DNA of 64,000 nucleotides, taken from the NCBI GenBank assembly GCA_951406725.2, contig OX597818.1, positions 57,102,001-57,166,000 on the forward strand, in the 5' to 3' direction. The position numbers were made by a program, and so were the translations under genes. This DNA comes from Octopus vulgaris. Taxonomy: Eukaryota. The notes below the pieces were generated by a model that had not been told where the DNA came from, did no database searches, and saw only the letters and a program-made list of their open reading frames with translations. Of this stretch, positions 13,504 through 26,038 are shown in pieces; within the stretch, counting starts at the first letter, position 1; each line of letters begins with the position of its first letter.

Positions 13504-14143
13504 AACTACATAAATAATATTTTTATAAACAAACCCCAAAGGCTTTGCGAGTTACGGAGAGAAAGCTACCATGGAAGGCTCATAGTATAATATCTGTACA
13601 ATAACTGTATATAAAATATATCAATGATGTTTAATCTTCGATTTTAAAGCAACAATTTTTAAATATAAACAAACGACCAAAACATGATGAGCTAACCTCA
13701 TGCTGAATCGAACCCACAAATCTTAGCTGTTATGGCTCCTTGCGAATCTGATTGGCCAAACGCTCACCCATCAATTTCAGTCAAAATAGGGGTAGCTTAT
13801 CCTGTTCAGGCTACATTATTAGCATTATCCTGCGTTCGAGAATATATATATATGTGTGTGTGTATATATATATTATAAAGAATACATTCAAAAGAGATAG
13901 CTCAAAAATTCAATCACAACTACCATCCACAACAAGTCACTTTCAGGGCACTTGACCATTTAATATCCTACTACTATCATAGCACTCCCGCATTATTCTT
14001 CTCCTCTTTCTTCTTGTTATTCTCTGCCAAAAATTCACAACGACCTCGAAGCGTCTCAGCAGTGGTCTCACGATGCTCCTTCCGGAATAAAAAAGAAAAG
14101 CCGTTGGAAAACCGCTGCTATAGCAGCGACTCTATCTAAGAAT

Positions 14144-14177
14144 ATCTGAAGAAGGAATTTTATTCCGAAATATTATC
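14144..14177 (+). ncRNA. Degenerate minimal type I hammerhead ribozyme relic
   Basis: CTGAAGA-A-GGAAT(TTT)ATTCC-GAAA-TA-TT. Stem I is poor. Lies in a microsatellite-flanked insert (~13870-14320). Confidence 0.4.
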
Positions 14178-14315
14178 AGACTATGGCTGACTAAATTACA
14201 ACAGGTATACACAGACCATTGTCTGTATTATAGTGCATTGTTGTACCAATCAAAACTTTTTATTCTTTACAAACAATACATAATACTTCAAGTGAACTAC
14301 AATACTCTCCTATAG

Positions 14316-14350
<35 letters not shown>

Positions 14351-14561
14351 TGTATGTATGTATGTATGTATGTGTGAGTGTGTGTGTAAAATGAAATTAA
14401 CACGTAAGAGGCCTTTCTTTATCTCCACCCCTCTTTACTTCTTTTCTCCACTATTCAGAGAAAAACATATTAATTTTTAAATGACGTAATACTAATTCAT
14501 TTTATAATTTCAAGTTACGTCGTGCTGAAGCGTTCAGAACGAGGGCGAAACGGTACTAAAA

Positions 14562-14617
<56 letters not shown>

Positions 14618-14847
14618 GGCGACGAGCTGGGAGAAACGTTAGCACGCCGGGCGAAATGCTTAGCGGTATTTCGTCTGCGTTACGTTGTGAGTTCAAATTC
14701 CGCCGAGGTCGACTTTGCCTTTCATCCTTTCGGGGTCGATAAATTAAGTATCATTTACGCACTGGGGTCGATGTAATCGACTTAATACCTATGTCTGCCC
14801 TTGTTTGTCCGCTCTGTGTTTAGCCCCTTGTGGGTAATAAAGAAATA
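14618..14847 (+). mobile_element. SINE family A
   Basis: Head and core match. Ends AAAGAAATA followed by GGTA, the start of a next unit. Confidence 0.9.
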
Positions 14848-15518
14848 GGTACTAACTAAGACAACCGGAAAATTTTATTTAAAAAATTATATAGAAATAA
14901 TATATGCTCTTTCCACTCTTTTCTCAACATAAAGAAAAAAACAAAAGGCAGCTTAGAAGCTATGCTCTTCCCTTAAATAGTACACTCTCTCCTTCTCTAA
15001 GTAGTCGTTCCCAGTGAGCGAACCACGTGAAATAACATTACTCTCAGTTAAAACAAACGTGAGAGGTTGGCTACCAATTATATTTCGGACTACCTGACAT
15101 TTCTTCGTCTGAGATTAAGTAATATAAATGTATTTTCTACTATTTTAAATTTACATTAACCGTTGATTTAAAGGCTAAAATTCCTGTTTTTCTACTCTAT
15201 TAACAATGGTTATTTAACTAATTTAGTTAATATAATTGCATTTTACTGCTATTTTAAGTGTCACTTTAACTAATGATTTAAGCAGTGCAGAAGTTATAGA
15301 CGCAGGCATGGTTGTGTGGCTAAGAAGTTCACAAGCATACAGTTTCGGGTTCAATACCAGTGGACAGCATTGAACAGTGTATTCTATTATTTTCACGTGC
15401 CAAACAATCTCTTGTTAGTGAATTTGATAGACGGAAACATCATCGAAGCTTGCTGCTTGTATAAATATCCACATATGCATACACACATGTGTATATATAT
15501 ATATATATATATATTTAT

Positions 15519-15729
15519 AAATAAGGATAATATCGATATTTAAATATCGATATTATCAAGTGGCCAGCATGGGAAAAAATACCGTACAAAGGTAATAATT
15601 TATTTACAACTAAAAATAAGGGTGTCTGAGAGACACCACCATGCCACATTTTAACGTGGTTTTTAAAGTCAGGGTTTTGACTGCTATTTCGGCATGGTGG
15701 TGTCTCAGACACCCTTATTTTTAGTTGTA
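15519..15729. repeat. (TA)n-embedded insert with a 32-bp palindrome and ~40-bp inverted arms (Penelope-like end)
   Basis: Perfect palindrome at 15526-15557. Inverted arms at 15605-15645 and 15691-15729. Confidence 0.7.
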
Positions 15730-15731
15730 TG

Positions 15732-15771
<40 letters not shown>

Positions 15772-15810
15772 ACATGTATACATATATCTATCTATATATA
15801 TATATATATG

Positions 15811-15860
<50 letters not shown>

Positions 15861-15907
15861 GTATGTATATATATATATATATATGTTTTGTATATATATA
15901 TATGTTT

Positions 15908-15953
<46 letters not shown>

Positions 15954-16865
15954 CCTGCTCGCTTAGCCAGCGGGGTGGCGTCATTCGAAAACTAAAACAA
16001 TGCGAACGCATTGTGACCAGCGATGTGTAACAACATCTGATGGTCTGGTCGGTCACGTGATCACGTGATATATATATATATGTAGATAAACACATGTATA
16101 TATATATATATGTAGATATATGTATATAAACACATGTATATCTATCTATCTATCTATCTATCTGCCTATCTATCTATCTGCCTATCTATCTATCTATCTA
16201 TCTATCTATCTGTCCGTCTGTCTGTCTGTCATTATATTTACACACACACACACACACACGCTCGCACACACACACACGCTCACACACATACACTTTAGAT
16301 TCAACGTCGGTATATGATTTAGTATTTGTTGTTATCAAGTGCAACTTAGATGGCTTGATTGATTCGAGAAGCTCAATAAAATATTTGTCAACAAAAGAAA
16401 GCAACTAAAAGCTGTAACTTTAAAAATAATCTTTTATTTTATTGCGTTGATAAAGATAAAATTGGGCGATAAAAGTTATTTTAAGGATATAAAAAGAAAC
16501 ATACACACATACATATATATATATACACATACACATATGTATGTATGTTTGTATGTATTCATGTATGTATGCATGTATGTATATATGTACGTGTGTGTGT
16601 GTGTGTGTTACAAATTCTTCTCTCTCACTTGTTCAACTATGAATGATCTGTGAAGTAAAGATAACCAGGTGCATTCCTTGAATGTCTTCTAATATATTTC
16701 ACTTCGCAAAACGCTTGAGTGTAATAGATTTCCCTATGTTTATGTCATGCTGATAACTTCAAACAAGGGTGAAAGGGTGCTATAATGGCTACCTATGGCT
16801 AACCATATTTAAGGTCTTTGTAATAAGAAGGGGCATGTATATTCGGTGCATCTTCTTCATTACTT

Positions 16866-17079
16866 ACTCTTTTACTCTTTTACTTGTTTCAGTCATGTGA
16901 CTGTGGCCATGCTGGAGCACCGCCTTTTAGTCGAGCGAATCGACCCCAGGACTTATTCTTTGGAAGCCTAGTACTTATTCTATCGGTCTCTTTTCCCGAA
17001 CCTCTAAGTTACAGGGATGTAAACACACCAGCATCGGTTGTCAAGCGATGTTGGGGGTGGGGAAAACACAGACACAAAT

Positions 17080-17114
<35 letters not shown>

Positions 17115-17278
17115 CATATACATATATACGACGGGCTTCTTTCAGTTTCCGTCTACCAAATCCACTCACAAGCCTTTGGTCGGCTCGAGGCAGTTGCTCG
17201 AGGTGCCACGCAGTGGGACTGAACCCGGAACCATGCGGTTGGTAAGCAAGCTACTTACCACACAACCACTCCTGTGCC
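16866..17278 (-). mobile_element. SINE family B
   Basis: Reverse-complement match. Confidence 0.9.
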
Positions 17279-18225
17279 TATTACTGTTAAATTTAAAATT
17301 CAAACTTCTCATCCCGTGATGAGTAAAGCCTTATCTACTTGTGATTGTCTCCCTCATAATAACTGCCGTCAGAGACTCCACGTGTTACTGAATTATTCTC
17401 TCAGCTAAACCGAAAAAGATTTACTTTTGTGTTCGGTATGAATGGACAGGGAAATGCAACTATTCTATGCTGTGCTTAAGTAAATAAACATTTTAAGGAT
17501 TCAATCTATAAAACACCTTTGTTATTCCTACGAATATTTCCTTTATTTCTAACGAGTCTTTAAGCAATAGATTCAACGTCGATATATGATTTAGGATTTG
17601 TTGTTATCAAGTACAACTTAGATGGCTTGATTGATTCCAGAAGCTCGATAAAATATTTGTCAACAAAAGAAAGCAACTAAAAGCTGTAACTTTAAAAATA
17701 ATCTTTTATTTTATTGTGTTGATAAAGATAAAATTGGGCGATAAACGTTAACAACAGCATTGTTCCAAACAACAAAAAAGTGGCAGAAACTTGAAAAATG
17801 CCAACGAATACTCCCGATAACTCCACAAAAAGAAAAGAAGCAGAAATATAAAGAATCTTCATGTGTCGCGTTAAAAATGATAAAATATAACAATAAGTAC
17901 ACATATGATTGGAACAAGTAAAAAGGTAACAGTTAAAAAAATTGTGAAACCTGATCAGTAATCGAGATTAGGTAAACAACAAATTTATTGAAACTGCGAG
18001 GGAGCCTCGATGTGGTTTTTTGATCTGGTAAGAATAACAAGCTGGTCTTCTTCAAATGTTTTACCGTCTTTAGATAATGTAAAGATACATTTGATAATGT
18101 GGTTCTAGATACAGAGTGTGTCTGAAAAAGGGAAACAGAAAAGATAATCACGGTTAGAAAGTGTTTTGTGTTTTTACAAGAGTAGATCTGACTTGAGGCA
18201 AAACAGCAACTGCAGCAGCAGCAGT

Positions 18226-18634
18226 GAAGGTGCAATGGCCAAGTTGTTAGGGCAGCGGATTCGCCGTCAGAGGATAGCGGTTTCGATTCCCAGACCGGGC
18301 GTTGTGTGTGTTTATTGAGCGAAAACACCTAAAAGCTCCACGAGGCACCGGCAGGGGGTGGTGGCGATCCCTGTTGTACTCTTTCGCTCCAGCTTTCTCT
18401 CATTCTTTCTTCCTGTTTCTTGTCCCCGATTTCCTACGCAACCGCTGAGCCTGGATGCACATTCATCCATCCGTCGATGCTCTCGGTGTCGGGGGTTGAG
18501 CTGCTTTCTCTTCTGCGGGTCTTACAAATAGCAAAGGCCCACGTTTCGGACTTCTCCCACTACAGACAATCCTGAGGCGCGATCTTGCGAACTCTGGAAC
18601 GAAGACCGCTTCGCTCAAAAAACAAACAAACAAA
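18226..18634 (+). mobile_element. SINE family C with a distinct tail ending in (CAAA)n
   Basis: Head and body as in 29940, but a different 3' region. Confidence 0.8.
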
Positions 18635-19321
18635 GCGGCAGCAGCAACAGAAACAACAATAATATATAATTTATTCTTATTTCGATAATTGATTTCTATG
18701 CTTTAGGATTATGTATATTGTTTTAAAATTTATACACCAGGTAGATGTTTATTGTATTGAATCTAAGAATTTTCCCCGTGTTAGGTCATAAGCCACTAGA
18801 GCGTGTATAGATTAACGACAGCCCATTAACGCTATTGATGGCAACGTGAAACAATGCGAAGAAAAAGAATTCAACTAGAAACCGTTATTTATATGTAACA
18901 AAATCGGTTTAACTTCCTACAGATGTTCCACTCATTATTTTTGGAATCTATTGACATTCCAACGCCGAAAAGTACAATTACGTTGTCTAACGTGTTTAAC
19001 TAAATGGCAAGCTACATCATACTTTGTGTTATTGATTCTAAAGCTAGTCTGCAATTATTTTAGAATCTATTGACGTTTTCAGGTGAGACAGACTTTTATA
19101 ATTAGATGAGTTAGAAGCTGATGGTTTCACACTTCGTTTGTTTTTGCATTTTTATTTAGATGGTTAAATAGTTATTTGATATGGCTGCGTGGTTCAGAAA
19201 TAAAACGTAGGTTTGGCTATTCTTTGTCTCGTTTCAAACATTAGACTGCGGCCATGCTGGGGCACCACCTTGAAGACGTATTAGTAGAATAAATCGACTC
19301 TGTGTGTATATACATGCATAC

Positions 19322-19392
<71 letters not shown>

Positions 19393-19586
19393 TACACCTA
19401 CTTTATTATGGATGGATTTACCTTTTCTGTGAAGCTAATAAGCTTTTTTAAAACCTTTTATAAAACTGTGCATCATTAGAGAACTTTGGAAGTCTGCATA
19501 CAATCTAAATTTGCTTTTTATAGAACTCTCTTCGATGCTTCATGAGTGTAGCCTCACCCCCTAGGATGTTTGGAAAACTCATATGT

Positions 19587-19678
19587 GTTTTGGCTGATGA
19601 GTACGGGACACGTGTATTTGCTGCAATATTTGCAGCTTTTAATAAAGCTGTTCTTCGTATGAAACAATTGTCCTGAAA
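19587..19678 (+). ncRNA. Type I hammerhead ribozyme with extended stem/loop II
   Basis: TTTTGG-CTGATGA-GTACG...CGTAT-GAAA-CAATTG-TC-CTGAAA. Intact core, palindromic stem III and GUC site. Inside a (TA)n-flanked insert (~19388-19828). Confidence 0.65.
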
Positions 19679-20080
19679 AACTAATCCATTCTTGTTGCTT
19701 TTTTCTTGTTTATAATCACCCCATATTATTTTATGGTTAATACCATAAAGATTTCTGGTGCATCTAATTTAAGTACCGCATTCATGTGAATTCATTGGAA
19801 CTCGAATCTTAATTGCTTTTACTGAGAATATATATATATATATATGTATATATATTTGTTTTTTTTCAAGGTAGTATATTTTATACCCTGCTATTGTACT
19901 GGTTTTATCTCAAGTATCATTTCTCGATGTGCATATAAATACTGAGTTTTCCATCATAAACACTCGTTATGTTCTTTTTCCATTATCTGAAATGGAATAC
20001 CCACAAATCCATTAACTGAAATCCCAATAACTGAACTATATATAACGGCAAGTATTTATTGACCTTTTTCTTTCCTTTAA

Positions 20081-20110
20081 AAATCGGCACGAACTTTCCG
20101 GACAACCCAA
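20081..20110. mobile_element. Solo mariner TIR fragment
   Basis: Reverse strand reads TA-TTGGGTTGTCCGGAAAGTTCGTGCCGATTT. Confidence 0.5.
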
Positions 20111-20820
20111 TATATCAGATTTTGGATGTGTCCACATATGTATAACACTAAAAATACTAAACTGGGCCCACATTAGTCTTTTATGGATCCAAGAAAAGAA
20201 TTTTGACTTAAATGTATTTATTGCAAGAAATAGCTCGGTTTCTTTCTCCAATATTTTACGTAGTTCATCCTACATAAATGAATATGTAATAAATATAATA
20301 AGAATTTTGAAAGAAGTCTATAAAATTAATTTTTAGACATCAAATGGTTGTGGTGGGGGTCCACTAGAATAAAGCAATAAGGCATCCATAGATAAAAAAA
20401 TGGTTGGGAACAACTGACTTAGAGGAAACTCAAAGGGCATTCGATAATCATTTAGTGTGCCGGACCGGTGATGTGTGGGTCCGTCATGGATTTAATATCC
20501 AAATACTCCAACACTCTCTTAGGCAGACTGTATTCAGTGATGATGTTATCTTCCATTGCTAGTTTCCTCACCAAAATTGCCATTTTCTAATATTGTTTTT
20601 CGATTTATATTACCCTGCAATGTCTATCCGCCGTTTAACACTATACAAATTTTGATAACGAGGAAAAATAATTTTTCATTCATTTTTTTAAAATTTTGCC
20701 TATTGGAAAACAAACAGAAGTGTCCACACAAGAACGACCAAGGGAACGATTTATTGTGTTGTGAGATAAATTCGTTCGTACTTTTCCATTTCTTTTAATT
20801 CTTTCCAATGATCTTTTACC

Positions 20821-21236
20821 TATTTCTTTACTACCCACAAAGGGCTAAACACAGAGAGGGAAAACAAGGACAGACAAACGGATTAAGTCGATTATACTGA
20901 CCCCAGTGCGTAACTGGTACTTAATTTATCGACCCCGAAAGGATGAAAGGCAAAGTCGACCTCGGCGGAATTTGAACTCAGAATGTGACGGCAGACGAAA
21001 TACCTACTTCTTTACTACCCACAAGGGGCTAAACACAGAGAGGGAAAACAAGGACAGACAAACGGATTAAGTCGATTATATCGACCCCAGTGCGTAGCTG
21101 GTACTTATTTAATCGACCCCGAAATGATGAAAGGCAAAGTCGACCTCGGCGGAATTTGAACTCAGGACGTAACGGCAGACGAAATACCGCTAAGCATTTC
21201 GCCCGGTGTGCTAACGATTCTGCCAGCTGACCGCCT
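20821..21236 (-). mobile_element. SINE family A, dimer
   Basis: Two units. TSD AATG(A/T)TCTTTTACC. Confidence 0.9.
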
Positions 21237-21261
21237 TAAATGTTCTTTTACCGTTTATTTT

Positions 21262-21665
21262 TTTGCTTGTGCCAGTCATTAGACTGTGGCCATGCTGGGG
21301 CATCGCCCTCAAGAATTTTCAGTAGAATGAATCGACCACAGCACTTATTTTTTTAATAAAGCCTAGTACTTTATTCTCTCGCTCTCTATTGCCGAGCCGC
21401 TAAGTTACGGGGACGTAAACACACCAACATCGGTTGTCAAACAGTGGTGATGGTGGACAAACACAGATACAAAGTCAATCATACACACACACATGCACAC
21501 ACACAAACATGCATACGACGGGCTTCTTTCAGTTTCCGTCTACCAAATCCACTCACAAGGCTTTGGACGGTCTGAGGCTAAAGTAGAAGACACTCAAAGT
21601 GCCAGGCAGTGAGACTGAACCCATAACCTAGTGGTTGGGAAGCTTACTCCACAACCACGCCCGCC
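21262..21665 (-). mobile_element. Older SINE family B copy
   Basis: Diverged reverse match. Confidence 0.8.
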
Positions 21666-21706
21666 TCTTACTTATTTAAATTAATTTGCAAAACATTTTT
21701 ACCGTA

Positions 21707-22120
21707 GGCGCAGGAGTGGCTGTGAGGTAAGTAGCTTGTTAACCAACCACATGGTTCCGGGTTCAGTCCCACTGCGTGGTACCTTGGACAAGTGTCTTCT
21801 ACTATAGCCTCGGGCCGACCAAAGCCTTGTGAGTGGATTTGGTAGACGGAAACTGAAAGAAGCCCATCGTATATATGTATATATATATGCGTGTGTGTGT
21901 TTGTGTGTGTGTCTGTGTTTGTCCCCCTAGCATTGCTTGACAACCGATGCTGGTGTGTTTATGTCCCCATCACTTAGCGGTTCGGCAAAAGAGACCGATT
22001 GAATAAGTATTGGGCTTACAAAAGAACAAGTCCCGGAGTCGAGTTGCTCGATTAAAGGCGATGCTCCAGCATGGCCGCAGTCAAATGACTGAAACAAGTA
22101 AAAGAGTAAAAGAGAAAGAG
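21707..22120 (+). mobile_element. SINE family B inserted in the modular repeat
   Basis: The flanks rejoin as TTTTTACCGTAGGATTTCATGG, which is seen uninterrupted on the minus strand near 28770-28795. Confidence 0.9.
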
Positions 22121-22155
22121 TAGGATTTCATGGTTATTTTGCAGCTCTACACCTC

Positions 22156-22817
22156 ATCTGTATCTTTTGTCTGTCGTTTTTGAAATTTGAGTAAATTTTA
22201 CTTCTTTTCAGACATATAATGGAGAACCAAGTAGGAAAAAAAACACCAAAGAAGAAAAAAAAACCCGAATTTATCTGACCACCAAAATATATGTTTATTA
22301 GAATATCGTCAAGAAATTTTATCTGTATCTTTTGTCCGTCGTTTTTGAAATTTGAGTAAATTTTACTTCTTTTCAGACATATGATAGAGAGCCAAGTAGG
22401 AAAAAAAGCCCCTAAAAGAAGAAGAAAAACCGAATTTATCTGACCACCAAAATATATGTTTATTAGAATATCGCCAAGAAATTTTATCTGTATCTTTTGT
22501 CCGTCGTTTTTGAAATTTGAGTAAATTTTACTTCTTTTCAGACATATAATGGAGAGCCAAGTAGGAAAAAACCCTAAAAGAAGAAAAAAAAAAACCCCGA
22601 ATTTATCTGACCACCAAAATATATGTTTATTAGAATATCGCCAAGAAATTTTATCTGTATCTTTTGTCCGTCGTTTTTGAAATTTGAGTAAATTTTACTT
22701 CTTTTCAGACATATAATGGAGAGCCAAGTAGGAAAAAAAGCCCCTAAAAGAAGAAGAAAAACCGAATTTATCTGACCACCAAAATATATGTTTATTAGAA
22801 TATCGTCAAGAAATTTT
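22156..22817 (+). repeat. Tandem repeat, 4 x ~165 bp
   Basis: Units start ATCTGTATCTTTTGT at 22156, 22321, 22486 and 22653. A single inverted copy lies at ~28585-28750. Confidence 0.92.
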
Positions 22818-23578
22818 AATCCGTCAAGAAACTTGTCAGAAGATGCAAGATACCCGATTGCATTTAAGACCTATACAGAAGGATCATCCGTGTCAGAAGA
22901 CGATACATCCCGTGACATGCATAAAAGCATCAATAATGGATATAAAGGAAGAAATTCTCTGACATTAGAAGAGAAATAAATACAATACACAGAAGTCATA
23001 GGAATTAACTTGTAAAGTGAAGACTTGAGAAATATAAAAAAAGGACGAGGGAAAAGATTAAAGAAGAATGAGGAATAAAGAGAAGATTACCTTCCGGATA
23101 TTAAAGACAGGAATCAGAAGAGAAAGGAAAATGTGAAAGATGACGAAAAAGAAGATTAGTCTTGGAACATGGGAGAAAGAAAAAGGAGAGAAAATCTTGG
23201 ATGAAATAGAGAAAGAAAATACGGTCAGAACGGTTAGGGATCAAGAACAAAAGATGAAATAGGATATGAATGGGGATAAAAGAAGGGAATAATAATTGCC
23301 TGCTTCAGGAGTGAAATGAAATATATTTAAAGATACTACAGTGGCTTGAAAAATGTGTGGAAGCGTCATTTATCTGTGGTTCATATTCAGGCTCAGGGTG
23401 TCTTACGCTCAGAATTAAATTGAACTCCAGTGATGTTCATATTTCTATCACGATTCTATGCCGCCCAGTATTCACTGCGATTCTCATATCCAGGACAATT
23501 CGTAAATCTCTGAGGTGAACGCTTGATAAGTTCGATTTATAACTCGCTCAGTAAAGTTTTGCTCATTGCCAGCCCTAT

Positions 23579-23799
23579 TACTCTTTCTCTTTTACTCTTT
23601 TACTTGTTTCAGTCATTTGACTGCGGCCATGCTGGAGCACCGCCTTTAGTCGAGCAAATTGACCCCGGGACTTATTCTTTGTAAGCCCAGTACTTATTTT
23701 ATCGGTCTCTTTTGCCGAACCGCTAAGTAACGGGGACATAAACACACCAGCATCGGTTGTCAAGCAATGCTAGGGGGATCAAACACAGACACACACACA

Positions 23800-23832
<33 letters not shown>

Positions 23833-24004
23833 CATATATACGACAGGCTTCTTTCAGTTTCCGTCTACCAAATCCACTCACAAGGCTTTGGTCGGCCCGA
23901 GGCTATAGCTGAAGACACTTGCCCAAGATGCCACGCAGTGGGACTGAACCCGGAACCATGTGGTTGGTTAGCAAGCTACTTACCACACAGCCACTCCTGC
24001 GCCT
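23579..24004 (-). mobile_element. SINE family B
   Basis: Full-length reverse match. Confidence 0.9.
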
Positions 24005-24406
24005 ATGTAGCTTTCTTAAGAGCAAGGTCGTTGTAAACGATCAAATTAAAGTTGATGACACTCAAAAAGAGATGGCCAACAAAAGCAGCGAGGTAAGGGG
24101 TTTTATGGTACACATCTTGCTGTATGAGATGTCTCTCTTTATAAGTTATTCTTGAGACCGATAACACGGTTTCCATGACTTTTAAATGACTGAGATCACA
24201 ACCTTTTACTCTGAACAAAATGCCGGTCCGTTGACGCTGCGTCGAAGAAACAAAAAGAAAAAACAAACAAAAAAAGGCAGAGAAAAGTGGAGGAGGAAAA
24301 AATGCACTTAACACCAGAGCTGAAGACACCTCCGAAAGTGGCGGGGGCATGTATCGTCTTCTGACACAGATGATTCCTCTGTATAGGTCTTAAATGCGAT
24401 CGGGTA

Positions 24407-24953
24407 TCTTTCGGGACTTCTCTTTGATCTCTTTCGACACCCTCTTTGATCTCTTTCGGCACCCTCTTTGATCTCTTTCGGCACCCTCTTTGATCTCATT
24501 CGGGACTCCTCTTTGATCTCTTTCGGGACTCCTCTTTGATCTCTTTCGGCACGGCACCCTCTTTGATCTCTTTCGGCACGGCACCCTCTTTGATCTCTTT
24601 CGGCACCCACTTTGATGTCTTTCGGGACTCCTCTTTGATCTCTTTCGGGACTCCTCTTTGATCTCTTTCGGCACCCTCTTTGATCTCATTCGGGACTCCT
24701 CTTTGATCTCTTTCGGGACTCCTCTTTGATCTCTTTCGGCACGGCACCCTCTTTGATCTCTTTCGGCACCCACTTTGATGTATTTCGGGACTCCTCTTTG
24801 ATCTCTTTCGGGACTCCTCTTTGATCTCTTTCGGCACCATCTTTGATCTCTTTCGGCACCATCTTTGATCTCTTTCGACACCCTCTTTGATCTCTTTCGG
24901 CACCCTCTTTGATCTCTTTCGGCACTGCACCCTCTTTGATCTCTTTCGGCACC
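24407..24953. repeat. 22/23/27-bp minisatellite (CTCTTTGATCTCTTTCGG + CACC/GACTC/CACGGCACC)
   Basis: More than 20 tandem units read directly. Confidence 0.95.
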
Positions 24954-25034
24954 TTCGTTGATGCTTTTAACGAGAGATTCTATAGTCTTCGTTTTGTGAG
25001 CTTTATTAAAGGATTTTTTGCCGATGCAGAACGT

Positions 25035-25250
25035 GGAGGCGCAATGGCCCAGTGGTTAGGGCAGCGGACTTGCGGTCGTAGGATCTCGGTTTCGATTCCC
25101 AGACCGGGCGTTGTGTGTGTTTATTGAGCGAAAACACCTAAAAGCTCCACGAGGCTCCGGCAGGGGATGGTGGTGATCCCTGCTGTACTCTTTCACCACT
25201 CTAAAGGCGTTGCTCCAGCATGGCCGCAGTCAAATAACTGAAACAAGTAC
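25035..25250 (+). mobile_element. Chimeric SINE: family C head joined to family B tail
   Basis: C body runs to ...CTTTCACCACT, then CTAAAGGCGTTGCTCCAGCATGGCCGCAGTCAAA. Confidence 0.75.
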
Positions 25251-25875
25251 AAAAAAAACAAAAAAAAAAAAATTGGAATCACAGAACGTTTCTGTCATTT
25301 GATATGGGCAAGTGTCTTCTACTATAGCGTCGGGCCGACCAAAGTCTTGTGAGTGGATTTGGTAGACGGAAACTGAAAGAAGCCCGTCGTATATATGTAT
25401 ATACACATATGTATGTGTGTGTGTATGTGTATGCGTATATGTACGTGTTTCTGTGTTTGTCCCCTCAACATCGCTTGACAACCGATGCTGGTGTGCTTAC
25501 GTCCCCGTAACTTAGCGGTTCGGCAAAAGAGACCGCTAGAGTAAGTACTAAGCTTACAAAGAATAAGTCCTGAGGTCGATGTGCTCGACTAAAGGTGGTG
25601 TTCCAGCATGGCCACAAACAAATGACTGAAACAAGTAAAAGAATAAAAGAGTAAAATAGTAATAAGAATCGATGAGACCAAGTTTTCGTTAACGGAGAAT
25701 GTTTCATAAATTATAGATACTGAAATTTTAAGTAGCATACAGTGTTGGTGCGTTATTTTTATTATTAGTATTATTATTATTATTATTATTTCACGTAACC
25801 AAAGATAACTATTGCTAGTAACGAGGACATAATATTACAGCGATATGACGTCATATAAAACTGAAATCACTTGAA

Positions 25876-25975
25876 AAGAACCGCTAAGTTACGGGGACGT
25901 AAACACACCAGCATCGGTTGTCAAGCGATGTTCGGAGGGGGGGACAAACACAGACACACAGACATATACACGCAC

Positions 25976-26038
<63 letters not shown>

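Noticed and set aside
20340-20416. Possible hAT MITE end (GGTTGGGAACAACTG)
   Set aside because: Only one degenerate terminus, with no partner TIR or TSD.
23767-24036. Recurrent peptide [20 protein letters not shown]… as a gene family
   Set aside because: Antisense translation of SINE-B. RNWYLIYRPRKDERQS… is likewise SINE-A.
24407-24953. CRISPR-like array
   Set aside because: The variable parts are only 4-9 bp and recur, there are no unique spacers or cas genes, and the context is eukaryotic. It is a minisatellite.
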